DNA from: Candidatus Eiseniibacteriota bacterium
GTDB taxonomy: Bacteria; Eisenbacteria; RBG-16-71-46
Assembly: GCA_963776245.1 (NCBI GenBank)
Contig: CAVZLN010000006.1
Coordinates: 448,001 to 512,000, forward strand
Reading direction: 5' to 3'
DNA: 64,000 nucleotides
Part shown: one piece after another, positions 13,898 through 22,275 of the stretch
Position numbering within the stretch: position 1 is the stretch's first letter
Layout: the number at the start of each line of letters is the position of its first letter
Translations under genes and position numbers: made by a program
The notes under the pieces: generated by a model
Seen by the model: only the letters and a program-made list of their open reading frames with translations
Told to the model about the DNA's origin: nothing
The model's database searches: none

Positions 13898-15063
13898 GCG
13901 CGCACCTCCTGCAGAAAGGACGTCCCCCGCGTCACCAGTGACACGCCGAACACCTCGGCGAGGGTCGCCGCGACGTCGGCGAACGTCGCGCGCGTGCCCA
14001 GTGCGACGCCCGTCCGGACACGCGGGCCGGTCACCAGCAGCGGCGTGTACTCCCGCGCGTGATCGGTGCTCGCCGTCGTCGGGTCGTTGCCGTGATCGGC
14101 GGTGATCCACACCATCTCGTCACCCCTCAGGCGGCCGAGCAGTTCGCCCGCGCAGGCGTCGAACGCCTCGAGGCAGCGGGCGAAGCCGGCCGGATCGTTA
14201 CGGTGTCCGTATTGCTGGTCGAAGTCCACCAGATTGGCGAACACCAGTCCCGCCCCCGGGCGCTTCGCCAGCTCGAGCAGGATCTCCTGGCCCTCGTCGT
14301 TGTTGCGGGTATGCAGCCCTTCTGCGACGCCGCGGCCCGCGAACAGATCGTCCACCTTGCCCACTGTCAGGACGTGATGGCCCCCGGCGCTGAGCCGGTC
14401 GAGCACCGTGGGTGCGGGCGGTGGGAGCGAGAAGTCGCGCCGCTTCTCGGACACCCGGACGTAGGCGCCGTCGGGCCCGGCGAACGGCCGCGCGATGACG
14501 CGCCCCACGCCGTGCTCACCCTGGAGCAGTTCGCGCGCGGCCCGGCACGCCTCGTAGAGCTCCGGGAGCGGCACCACATCGGTGTGGGCCGCGATCTGGA
14601 ACACGCTGTCGGCCGAGGTATACACGATGTACTTCCCGGTCGCGCGGTGTTCCGCGCCGAAGCGCGCGATGACCTCGGTCCCGGAGTACGGCGCGTTGGC
14701 GAGCCAGCCACGGCCCACGCGCTCGCACCAGCGTTCGACAAGGTCGACGGGGAAGCCCTTCGGGTAGGTCGGGAACGCCCGCTCGAGCACCAGCCCCGCC
14801 AGCTCCCAGTGCCCGGTGGTGCTGTCTTTCCCGGGCGAGCGCTCGGTCAGCCGGCCGTGCGCGGCGCGCGGGTCGGCCACCGGGCGCACACCCCGGACCG
14901 TGCTCAGGCGGCCCAGGCCGAGGCGCTCGAGGTTCGGCAGGCGCAGACCGCCCACCGCCTCGGCCACGTGCCGGAGCGTGTCGCTTCCCCGGTCGCCGTA
15001 GTCCCCCGCGTCCGGGAGCTCGCCGATGCCGAGCCCGTCGAGCACGATGAGGAACACGCGCAC
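13894..15063 (-). CDS. deoB: Phosphopentomutase
   Basis: LDGLGIG, GKDSTTGHWE, YTSADSVFQ, NLVDFD..YGHR, TADHGNDP. Confidence 0.95.
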   Translation of the reverse strand: MRVFLIVLDGLGIGELPDAGDYGDRGSDTLRHVAEAVGGLRLPNLERLGLGRLSTVRGVRPVADPRAAHGRLTERSPGKDSTTGHWELAGLVLERAFPTYPKGFPVDLVERWCERVGRGWLANAPYSGTEVIARFGAEHRATGKYIVYTSADSVFQIAAHTDVVPLPELYEACRAARELLQGEHGVGRVIARPFAGPDGAYVRVSEKRRDFSLPPPAPTVLDRLSAGGHHVLTVGKVDDLFAGRGVAEGLHTRNNDEGQEILLELAKRPGAGLVFANLVDFDQQYGHRNDPAGFARCLEAFDACAGELLGRLRGDEMVWITADHGNDPTTASTDHAREYTPLLVTGPRVRTGVALGTRATFADVAATLAEVFGVSLVTRGTSFLQEVRA

Positions 15064-15066
15064 GGC

Positions 15067-16308
15067 CTAGTGCCCCTTCGCCACGGCGACCGCCTGGGCG
15101 CGCAGTCGGAAATGCTCGGTGGCCTGCCGCGCCCACTCGGCGCGCTCGCCCACCAGGGAGGTGAGCTTCACCGGCCGGCCCCCCGACACGTAGATGCGCG
15201 TCACGCGCTTGCCGATGGTGCACATGATCTCGTAGGGCAGCGTCTCGCTGCCGCTCGCGACCTCCTCGAGCGGCAGTGTGGCTGCGCCCTGCTCGCCGAA
15301 CAGCACGACCTCGTCGCCGACCCGGGCCGCGGGCGCCGCGGCGAGGTCGATCATGGTCAGGTCCATGGTGACGCGTCCCAGGATCGGGCACGACTGCCCA
15401 TGCACCAGCATGCGGCCGCGGTTGGACAGCAGCCACGAGTAGCCGTGGCCGTAGCCGACCGGTACCACGCCCATGCGGGTCTCGCGGGCGGTCACGAAGG
15501 TGCGTCCGTACGACACCGGCGTCCCGGCGGCCAGCGTGCGCACCTGCACCAGCCGGCTCTTGAACGACATCACCGGCGCGAGCGCGAGCGCGGCGTCGCC
15601 GCGCGGCGGACGGTGGCCGTAGGCGATGAGGCCCACTCGCACCGCGTCGAACCGCGCCTCCGGCAGGTTGAGCGTCGCCGCGCTGTTCGCCGCGTGCACC
15701 CGCGGCACCCGGATGCCCCGCGCGGCGAGGCGCTCGAGCAGCGCGGTGAAGCGCGCCGCCTGGGCGTGCGCGAACGCCAGGTCGCCGGCGTCGGCGTCGG
15801 GGAAGTGGGTGTACAGGCTGGCCAGGCGCACGCCGGGCAGCGCCGTGAGCTCGGCCAGGAAGGCCTCGGCCTCGCTCTCGTGCACGCCGATCCGCCCCAT
15901 GCCGGTGTCCACCTCGACGTGGCAGCGCAGCGGCCGGCCCGCGTCGACCGCCGCGGCCGACAGCGCGCGCGCGAATTCGAGATCGCACACCGTGGGGTCG
16001 AGCCGGTGACGCACCGCCTCCGCGATCTCCCCCGGCAGGAGCGGCGAGAGCACCACGATCGGAAGGGTGCGCCCGCTCTCGCGCAACTGGATGCCCTCGT
16101 GGAGCGTGGCCACGCCGAGGGAAGCGACGCCCTCCGACTCGGCGGCCTCGGCCATCTCGACAGCGCCGTGCCCGTAGGCGTCGGCCTTCACGACCAGGAA
16201 CACCTCGCGCTCCGGGCCGATCAGGCCGCGGATCGCGCGCAGGTTGGACGCGAAGCGGTCGAGATCCACCTCGACCCAGGTCGACACCGGCATGCCCATC
16301 CGCACCAC
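15067..16308 (-). CDS. alr: Alanine racemase
   Basis: VVKADAYGHG (PLP lysine), DTGMGRIG, GRVTMD; start uncertain (16308/16299/16293). Confidence 0.93.
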   Translation of the reverse strand: MVRMGMPVSTWVEVDLDRFASNLRAIRGLIGPEREVFLVVKADAYGHGAVEMAEAAESEGVASLGVATLHEGIQLRESGRTLPIVVLSPLLPGEIAEAVRHRLDPTVCDLEFARALSAAAVDAGRPLRCHVEVDTGMGRIGVHESEAEAFLAELTALPGVRLASLYTHFPDADAGDLAFAHAQAARFTALLERLAARGIRVPRVHAANSAATLNLPEARFDAVRVGLIAYGHRPPRGDAALALAPVMSFKSRLVQVRTLAAGTPVSYGRTFVTARETRMGVVPVGYGHGYSWLLSNRGRMLVHGQSCPILGRVTMDLTMIDLAAAPAARVGDEVVLFGEQGAATLPLEEVASGSETLPYEIMCTIGKRVTRIYVSGGRPVKLTSLVGERAEWARQATEHFRLRAQAVAVAKGH

Positions 16309-16422
16309 CTCCTTGCGCGCGCGGACGCCGGCGGACGATGCCGGAGGCCACGCGTGTCGCCGGAAAGGCTGGTAGGATACGCGGCGCTATCCGCCCGCGC
16401 AAACACTGGTCTTCGAGGGGCC

Positions 16423-16995
16423 ATGGACACCACGCTCGCGCTCGCCCTGTGCTCCGGCATCGGCATCGCCGCCGCCACCGGCCTGCGCGCGTTCCTGCCG
16501 CTGCTCGCCGTCGGGCTCGCCGGGCGCCTCGGCCTGCTCGAGCTGCGACCCGGTTCGCAGTGGCTCGCGAGCGACCCGGCGCTGTGGGCGTTCGGGACCG
16601 CCACCGTGATCGAGATCGCGGGCGACAAGATCCCGCTCGTGGATCACGCGCTCGACGCCGTGGCCACCGTGCTGCGTCCCGCCGCCGCATGGATCGCGGG
16701 GTTCGCCGTGCTGGCGGGCTGGGGGACGCCGTGGGCGCAGCTCGCGGCCGCGGTGTTCGGCGCCGGGGCGTTCGCGGTGCACGCCGCCAAGGTCAAGACG
16801 CGCCTGGGCTCGACCGCGCTCACTTTCGGGCACGGCAATCCGCTGCTCTCCGTGCTCGAGGATGGCACCGCGGTCGTGCTGCTGGCGCTCGCCGTGATCG
16901 TGCCGCTGGTCGCGCTGGTCGTGCTCGCCGGCGCCGCCTGGCTCGCCGTGCGCGGGTTCGCGCGGCGGCGTGCGGCTGTGCCGCCCGCCGCGTGA
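16423..16995 (+). CDS. DUF4126-like membrane protein
   Basis: GIAAATGLRAFLPLL, EIAGDKIPLVDHALD, GNPLLSVLED; multiple TM segments. Confidence 0.8.
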   Translation: MDTTLALALCSGIGIAAATGLRAFLPLLAVGLAGRLGLLELRPGSQWLASDPALWAFGTATVIEIAGDKIPLVDHALDAVATVLRPAAAWIAGFAVLAGWGTPWAQLAAAVFGAGAFAVHAAKVKTRLGSTALTFGHGNPLLSVLEDGTAVVLLALAVIVPLVALVVLAGAAWLAVRGFARRRAAVPPAA

Positions 16996-17027
16996 CGCGC
17001 GCGCTCGCCTCGGCTATCCTGTCGCGC

Positions 17028-17848
17028 ATGACCGACCGCGAGCTGAAAGCCTTCGCCGATCTCGTCGGCGTGTGCCGACGCCTGCGTGCGCCCGACGGCT
17101 GCCCGTGGGACCGCGAGCAGACCTTGACCACGATGACCCCCTACCTCACCGAGGAAGCCGTCGAGTCCGGTGAGGCCATCGCGTCGGGGGACCGAAACCA
17201 TGTCGCCGAGGAGCTCGGGGATCTCGCGTTCCTCTCGATCTTCTGCCTCGAACTGCTTGCAGGAGAAGGCGGTCCGGACCTCGCCGAAAGCCTCGAACGG
17301 GCCTCGCAGAAGCTCATCCGGCGGCACCCGCACGTGTACGGCGACACCACGGTGAAGGACGGCGACGCCGCGTACCGGCAGTGGCAGGAGATCAAGAAGG
17401 CCGAGAAGGGCGACCGGGCGGAGCACGCCTCGCTGCTCGGCGACCAGCCGAAGGGCCTCCCCGCGCTCGTGGCCGCGTACCGGACCCAGGAGAAGGCGGC
17501 CGCCGTGGGCTTCGACTGGCCCGACGCTCAGGGGCCGCTCGCCAAGGTGCGCGAGGAGACCGAGGAGCTGGCTCGCGAGGTCGGCCACGACGTGACGCTC
17601 GCGACGCGCCACGAGGTGGGCGATCTGCTGTTCGCGGTGGTCAATCTCGCGCGGCACCTGCGCATCGACCCCGAGCGCGAACTGCGCGCCACCACGCACC
17701 GCTTCCGCGACCGCTTCCCCACGTCGAGCGCCGGCTCGCCGAGCAGGGCCGCACGCCCGCGCAGGCCACGCTCGCGGAGATGGACGTCCTGTGGGAGGAG
17801 GCCAAGCGCCGCCCTCGCGCGCAGGACGCCACGAGGAGAGACTCATGA
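17028..17848 (+). CDS. mazG: MazG family nucleoside triphosphate pyrophosphohydrolase (one frameshift near 17718)
   Basis: LRAPDGCPWDREQT, EELGD, KLIRRHPHV, GFDWP, EVGDLLF. The C-terminus HVERRL..MDVLWEEAK is in another frame. Confidence 0.88.
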
Positions 17849-18128
17849 CCGACTCGTCGCCGTCGCGTCGAGGCCGCGCTGTTCCTGCAGCTCGTGCTCG
17901 GGCCTCCAGCAGGCGTGCATGATGTCGCTCGGCAAGCTCATGAATCCCGATGACGCGCCAGCTCGAGCGAACCTCGAGGCCGCGCGCGACACCATCGACA
18001 CGCTCAGCGCGATCGAGTCGAGCACCCGCGGCAACCTCGAGCCCGACGAGCAGCGCGTGCTCACCCAGGTGCTCACCGATCTGCGCCTGAACTACGTCGA
18101 CGAGGTGAAGAAGAGCGGCGGGGCGTAG
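17845..18128 (+). CDS. DUF1844-like small protein (several apparent frameshifts)
   Basis: Reconstructed across frames: MTDSSPSR/EAALFLQLVLG/LQQACMMSLGKLMNP/MTRQLE/NLEAARDTIDTL..TRGNLEPDEQRVL..LRLNYV. Confidence 0.7.
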
Positions 18129-18186
18129 CGGGAGGCGCCCGCCCGCGTGGCGCGGATCCCGAGGTCCTGCCGTCGCCGCGTCGTCC

Positions 18187-19371
18187 TCAGATCGCCTGCA
18201 GCACCGCGCACTTGAGGTAGTGCGTCTCGGGCACCGCGAGCAGCTGTGGGATGGTCGGCGGCCGCTCCGGCCCACTCGCCCACCCGCATCGGGCGACGCG
18301 CGGCACGCGCGGCCTCGAGCAGCACCTGGCGGAACAGCGTGTCGTCGAGGTGGTGGCTGCACGAGCACGTGATCAGCCAGCCGTCCTCCTCGAGCAGGCC
18401 CATGGCGGTGCGGTTCAGTTCGCGGTAGGCGCGCGCGCCGGCGGCCAGATGCCGGCCCGACTTCACCAGCGCGGGCGGATCGAGCACGATCAGTCCGAAG
18501 CGCTGGCTCCCGCGCTCGAGCTCGCGCATCACGTTGAGCACGTCGCCCTTGCGAACGTCCACGCGGTCGCGCGCAGGCCATTCCGCTCGAGCGTTGCGCC
18601 GCGCGGCCTCGCCAGCGCCGGCTCGCAGGAGTCGACCGCGAGCACGTGCTGCGCGCCGCCGCGCGCCATGTGCAGCGCCCACTCGCCCTGGTAGCAGAAC
18701 AGGTCCAGCGCCTGCCGGCCCTTCGCCCGCGCCTCCGCGCGGCGGCGGTTCTCGCGCTGGTCGAGGAACAGCCCGGTCTTCTGCCCATGGCGCAGGTCGA
18801 CCTCGACGTGGAAGCCCTCGAGCTCCACCTCGACGCGCTCGGGCACCTCTCCCCACCACACGCCGCGCTCGAGCGGCAGCCCCTCGAGCGTGCGCAATGG
18901 AGAATCGGCCATGCGCATCACGCCCCGGGGCGCCAGAACGCGCTCGATGGCTTCGCGGATCATCTCGGCGCGCACCTCCATGCCGAGCGTGAGCACCTGC
19001 ACGGCCAGCACGTCGCCATAGCGGTCGATCACCAGCCCGGGAAGCTGGTCGGACTCGCCGTACACCAGGCGCACCGCCGGCGCGCCGGGGTAGACGCTCT
19101 CGCGGAGGCGTATCGCACGCTCGAGGCGCTTGGCGAAGAAGTCCGCGTCGATGGAATCGCGGCCACGGGTCAGCACGCGCGCGGCGATGAGGCTCTTCTT
19201 GTTCCAATACGCGCGCCCCAGGAACGCGCCGCGATGATCGCTGATCTCCACCATGTCGCCGTCGGCCGGGTTGCCCTCGATGGCGGCGACCTCGTTGCTG
19301 AACACCCACGGGTGTCCGCCGCGCACGCGACGGTCCTGGTTCTTGCGCAGCACGAGACGGGCGACGGACAC
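18187..19371 (-). CDS. rlmI: RlmI/RlmK-like class I SAM-dependent rRNA methyltransferase (frameshifts near 18570-18630 and 18247)
   Basis: GHPWVFSNE PUA domain, ESDQLPGLVIDRY, GQKTGLFLDQRENR, LDLFCY, IVLDPP, TCSCS, DHP..PETHYLK, split over three frames. Confidence 0.85.
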
Positions 19372-19381
19372 AGGCGTCCTT

Positions 19382-20275
19382 TCAGGCCCCCGGCGCGCCG
19401 AGGGCGTAACCGATGAGCCGGTAGACGAGGCGCGCGGCGAGGAAGTCCGAGGTCACGTTCCCGGCCAGCGGCGCGAGCTCCACGACGTCGAAGCCGACGA
19501 TGCGCTTGCGGGCGGCCACCGCCGCCAGCAGATCGCAGGCCTCGTACCAATCGAGCCCGCCGGGCTCGGGCGTGCCGGTGCCCGGCAGGATGCCGGGATC
19601 CAGGCCGTCGAGGTCGAAGGTCACGAACACGTCGTCCGTGAGCGCATCGAGGATGGCGGACCGGTCACCCTTCAGCGCCCGGTAGCCGCGCACACTCCAG
19701 ATCGGCGCCGGGTGCGTCTTCAGGTGCGCCGACTCCTCCTCGCTCAGCGAGCGGATGCCCACCGAGGCCGCGGGCACCATCTCACGGATGCGCCTCATCA
19801 CGCACGCGTGGCTGTAGGGCGATTCGAGATAGGAGTCGCGCATGTCGGCGTGCGCGTCGATCTGGAGCACGCTGAGCCCCGGGAACGCGCGCCGCGCCGC
19901 GCGCACCGCGCCGGCGGTGATGCTGTGCTCGCCCCCGAGGATCGCCGGGAGCTTGCGCTGCTCCAGGATCCACGCGGTCGCCCGCTCGACGCGCTCGCAC
20001 ATCGCCTCCGGGCCGAGCGCGGTGGGCTCCAACTCCGCGGCCGTGTGGATCCCGTGCCGGTAGATGGGCCCCAGTTCGTCGTCCCACAGCTCCATGTTGC
20101 GGGACGCGGAGAGCATGGCCTGCGGGCCCCAGCGCGTGCCGCTCTGGTAGGAGACACTGAAGTCGTAGGGAACCGGCAGCACCACGGCGCGGGCGCCCTC
20201 GAGAGTGGCCAGCGCGCCCTCGATACCTCCGAAGTTCGGCGGCAGCCCGGTCGGCCAATCGGGTGGCCTGGACAT
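19382..20275 (-). CDS. speB: Agmatinase (ureohydrolase family)
   Basis: GGEHSIT, DAHADMRD, TFDLDGLDP..GTGTPEPGG, DVVEL; GAGGAGG RBS. Confidence 0.92.
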   Translation of the reverse strand: MSRPPDWPTGLPPNFGGIEGALATLEGARAVVLPVPYDFSVSYQSGTRWGPQAMLSASRNMELWDDELGPIYRHGIHTAAELEPTALGPEAMCERVERATAWILEQRKLPAILGGEHSITAGAVRAARRAFPGLSVLQIDAHADMRDSYLESPYSHACVMRRIREMVPAASVGIRSLSEEESAHLKTHPAPIWSVRGYRALKGDRSAILDALTDDVFVTFDLDGLDPGILPGTGTPEPGGLDWYEACDLLAAVAARKRIVGFDVVELAPLAGNVTSDFLAARLVYRLIGYALGAPGA

Positions 20276-20420
20276 CGTCCCTCCTCGTCCCCAGACACGA
20301 GAGGCCCTGCGTCGTCGCGGACGCAGGGCCCTCGCCAGTTCCATCGGGTCAGCCGCGAGCGGCGTTCCTCAGCCCCGGATGCCCGGCGTGCGGGTCAGCC
20401 GCGCCGGACCGGTTCGATGC

Positions 20421-20663
20421 CTAGTGGGCTTCGTCGTCTTCATCATCCTTGAAGTCGGCGAAATCCTCGTCGTCTTCCTCGTCGTCCAGCGAGTCGTCGT
20501 CGAAGTCGTCCTCGAACTCCTCCTCATCGAAGGCTTCGTCGTCTTCGATCTCGTCGTCGTCGAGGAACTCGTCTTCCTCTTCTTCGTCTTCGAACTCGTC
20601 GACTTCCTCATCCGGGATCGCGACGTAGTCGTCGTCCCCCGGTATGCCCTTCTTCTTGAACAT
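20421..20663 (-). CDS. Small extremely acidic protein (80 aa)
   Basis: MFKKKGIPGDDDY... with 49/80 residues D/E (hand count); GAGGTG RBS; own promoter; typical GAC/GAG codon use. Confidence 0.75.
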   Translation of the reverse strand: MFKKKGIPGDDDYVAIPDEEVDEFEDEEEEDEFLDDDEIEDDEAFDEEEFEDDFDDDSLDDEEDDEDFADFKDDEDDEAH

Positions 20664-20793
20664 GGCCACCTCGGGTCGCAGGTGACGGCGCGTCTCGCGC
20701 GCCCAGCCAGTCGTGGATGTCGTCACATCGTTACGGCGCACGTCAGATGCAACGATGCGCATCGCGGTGCGCGTGGTCGGAAAAGCAAGCGGC

Positions 20794-20821
20794 AGTATAC
20801 GGAGACGGCCCCCCCCGTCAA
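20794..20821 (-). promoter_or_regulatory. Sigma70-type promoter for the acidic protein/speB/rlmI run
   Basis: TTGACG-N16-TATACT. Confidence 0.75.
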
Positions 20822-21105
20822 CTGGAAATCGGCCGGTTCGGGCACCGACACGAGCCCTTTCCACGGCAGGGGTTTAGGCGGGTCGGCGTCCGCAGAGCGG
20901 AGGGTCCGGAGGAACGTGGCAGCCGCCCGCGGGTGGGCCCGACCTCCAGCCCCACTCCCGGCGCTGCCCGGCACCTCGGCGTCCTCCGGGGGAAGGCGGG
21001 ATGGGGTCCCAAGGGTCCGGCGGGCCACCGAGCCGTCCTCACCCGGCGGGTGTGCGCGAGTCCGCCGCGGCGGCGCTCCGCTCCAGGGACGGCGCACCAG
21101 GGTCC

Positions 21106-22275
21106 TCACAGCCGGATGGAGACACCCAGCGCGTAGAGGTCCGACGTCTCGGCGCCGGCGCCGAACGGGTGGATCAGGTCGCGCTGCGCCGCCGCCTTGA
21201 TCCGCACGTCGCGGCTCATGCGGTACCCCACGCCGACTTCGATGCGATCGATGCCGTCATCCCAGGGTCGGGTGACGCCGGCCGAGGTCGTCACGTCGTC
21301 GAAGCGGATGGCGTCGCAGCGCGCCGCCAGCCAGGCGCCGTTCGCCAGTCCCAGGCGCGCCTCGGCGTAGCCGCCGCGCAGCCGGAGTGTGCCGGACGAG
21401 AGCGTCTGCCAGCCCTTGATGAACCCCTCCGCCCGCAGCTCCCAGCGGCCTCGCGACAACTCGAGGTCCGAAAGCGCGAGCGACTCGTGATAGTCGCGCA
21501 GCGATCCTCCCGGGGGGAGCTGGCGGCTGAACCACTCGGGCATCCAGGTGCCCCACGCCACGGAGACGCCCGCGCGCAGGCCAGGGAAGGGCACGACCCC
21601 CAGCCGGCCCAGTGTCGTCTGACCCGGGGTATCGTCGGCTCCGGTGACCGGCCACCCGGGGGAACCCTGGATCACCCCCAGCGAGTACTCGAACGGGCGG
21701 CGCGAGCCGATCGCGGCCACACCCACGTCCCACCAGCGATCGTCCACCACGGGCATGCCCGCGCCGGATTCCCCTCCGTAGTCGACGCCGTACTGTCCGG
21801 TGCCCGCGCTCGCCACCAGTTGGTCCACCGACGAGGTCGGTACGTTCCAGGCGAGCGAGGTGTGGTACTGGTACATGAGGGGCATGCCGATCAGCGGATT
21901 GCGGTCCGAGTAGGCTCGCGGCGCCCACGCCCCGATCGGCCACGGCAGCTTGCCCGCCTGCAGGTGGGCGTCCTGCCCCGGCCACGGCGTCCACTGCGCG
22001 TACGCGCCATCGGCGACCAACGGCGTTCCGCCTTCGTGCAGGATGGTCTGCAGGTAGACATCGAGCGTGGGCGACACCTTCGCGTCGAGGAACAGCCGCA
22101 CCCGATAGCGATCGAAGTTCGAGTCGCCCTGCGTGAGGCGGTTCATCTCGAACGCCTCCATCCCGGAGGACGCCACCAGGTCGAACAGGCCGCGCCCGTG
22201 GACCTCGGCCGCGCGAGTGGCGGCCGGAACCAGGAGCAATCCCAGCAGCGCGAGCATGGCGAGCCGTCGTGTCAT
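21106..22275 (-). CDS. Putative outer-membrane beta-barrel/porin-like protein
   Basis: Signal peptide, alternating amphipathic strands, C-terminal YALGVSIRL. Confidence 0.7.
   Translation of the reverse strand: MTRRLAMLALLGLLLVPAATRAAEVHGRGLFDLVASSGMEAFEMNRLTQGDSNFDRYRVRLFLDAKVSPTLDVYLQTILHEGGTPLVADGAYAQWTPWPGQDAHLQAGKLPWPIGAWAPRAYSDRNPLIGMPLMYQYHTSLAWNVPTSSVDQLVASAGTGQYGVDYGGESGAGMPVVDDRWWDVGVAAIGSRRPFEYSLGVIQGSPGWPVTGADDTPGQTTLGRLGVVPFPGLRAGVSVAWGTWMPEWFSRQLPPGGSLRDYHESLALSDLELSRGRWELRAEGFIKGWQTLSSGTLRLRGGYAEARLGLANGAWLAARCDAIRFDDVTTSAGVTRPWDDGIDRIEVGVGYRMSRDVRIKAAAQRDLIHPFGAGAETSDLYALGVSIRL

Noticed and set aside
16338..18128. 596-aa ORF suggesting a MazG-DUF1844 fusion
   Set aside because: Produced by frameshifts; the real MazG C-terminus and a separate ATG at 17845 lie in other frames
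20880..21100. GC-rich intergenic stretch as a possible ncRNA (6S/SRP-like)
   Set aside because: No recognisable conserved motif; pairing is explicable by GC content; needs an Rfam scan
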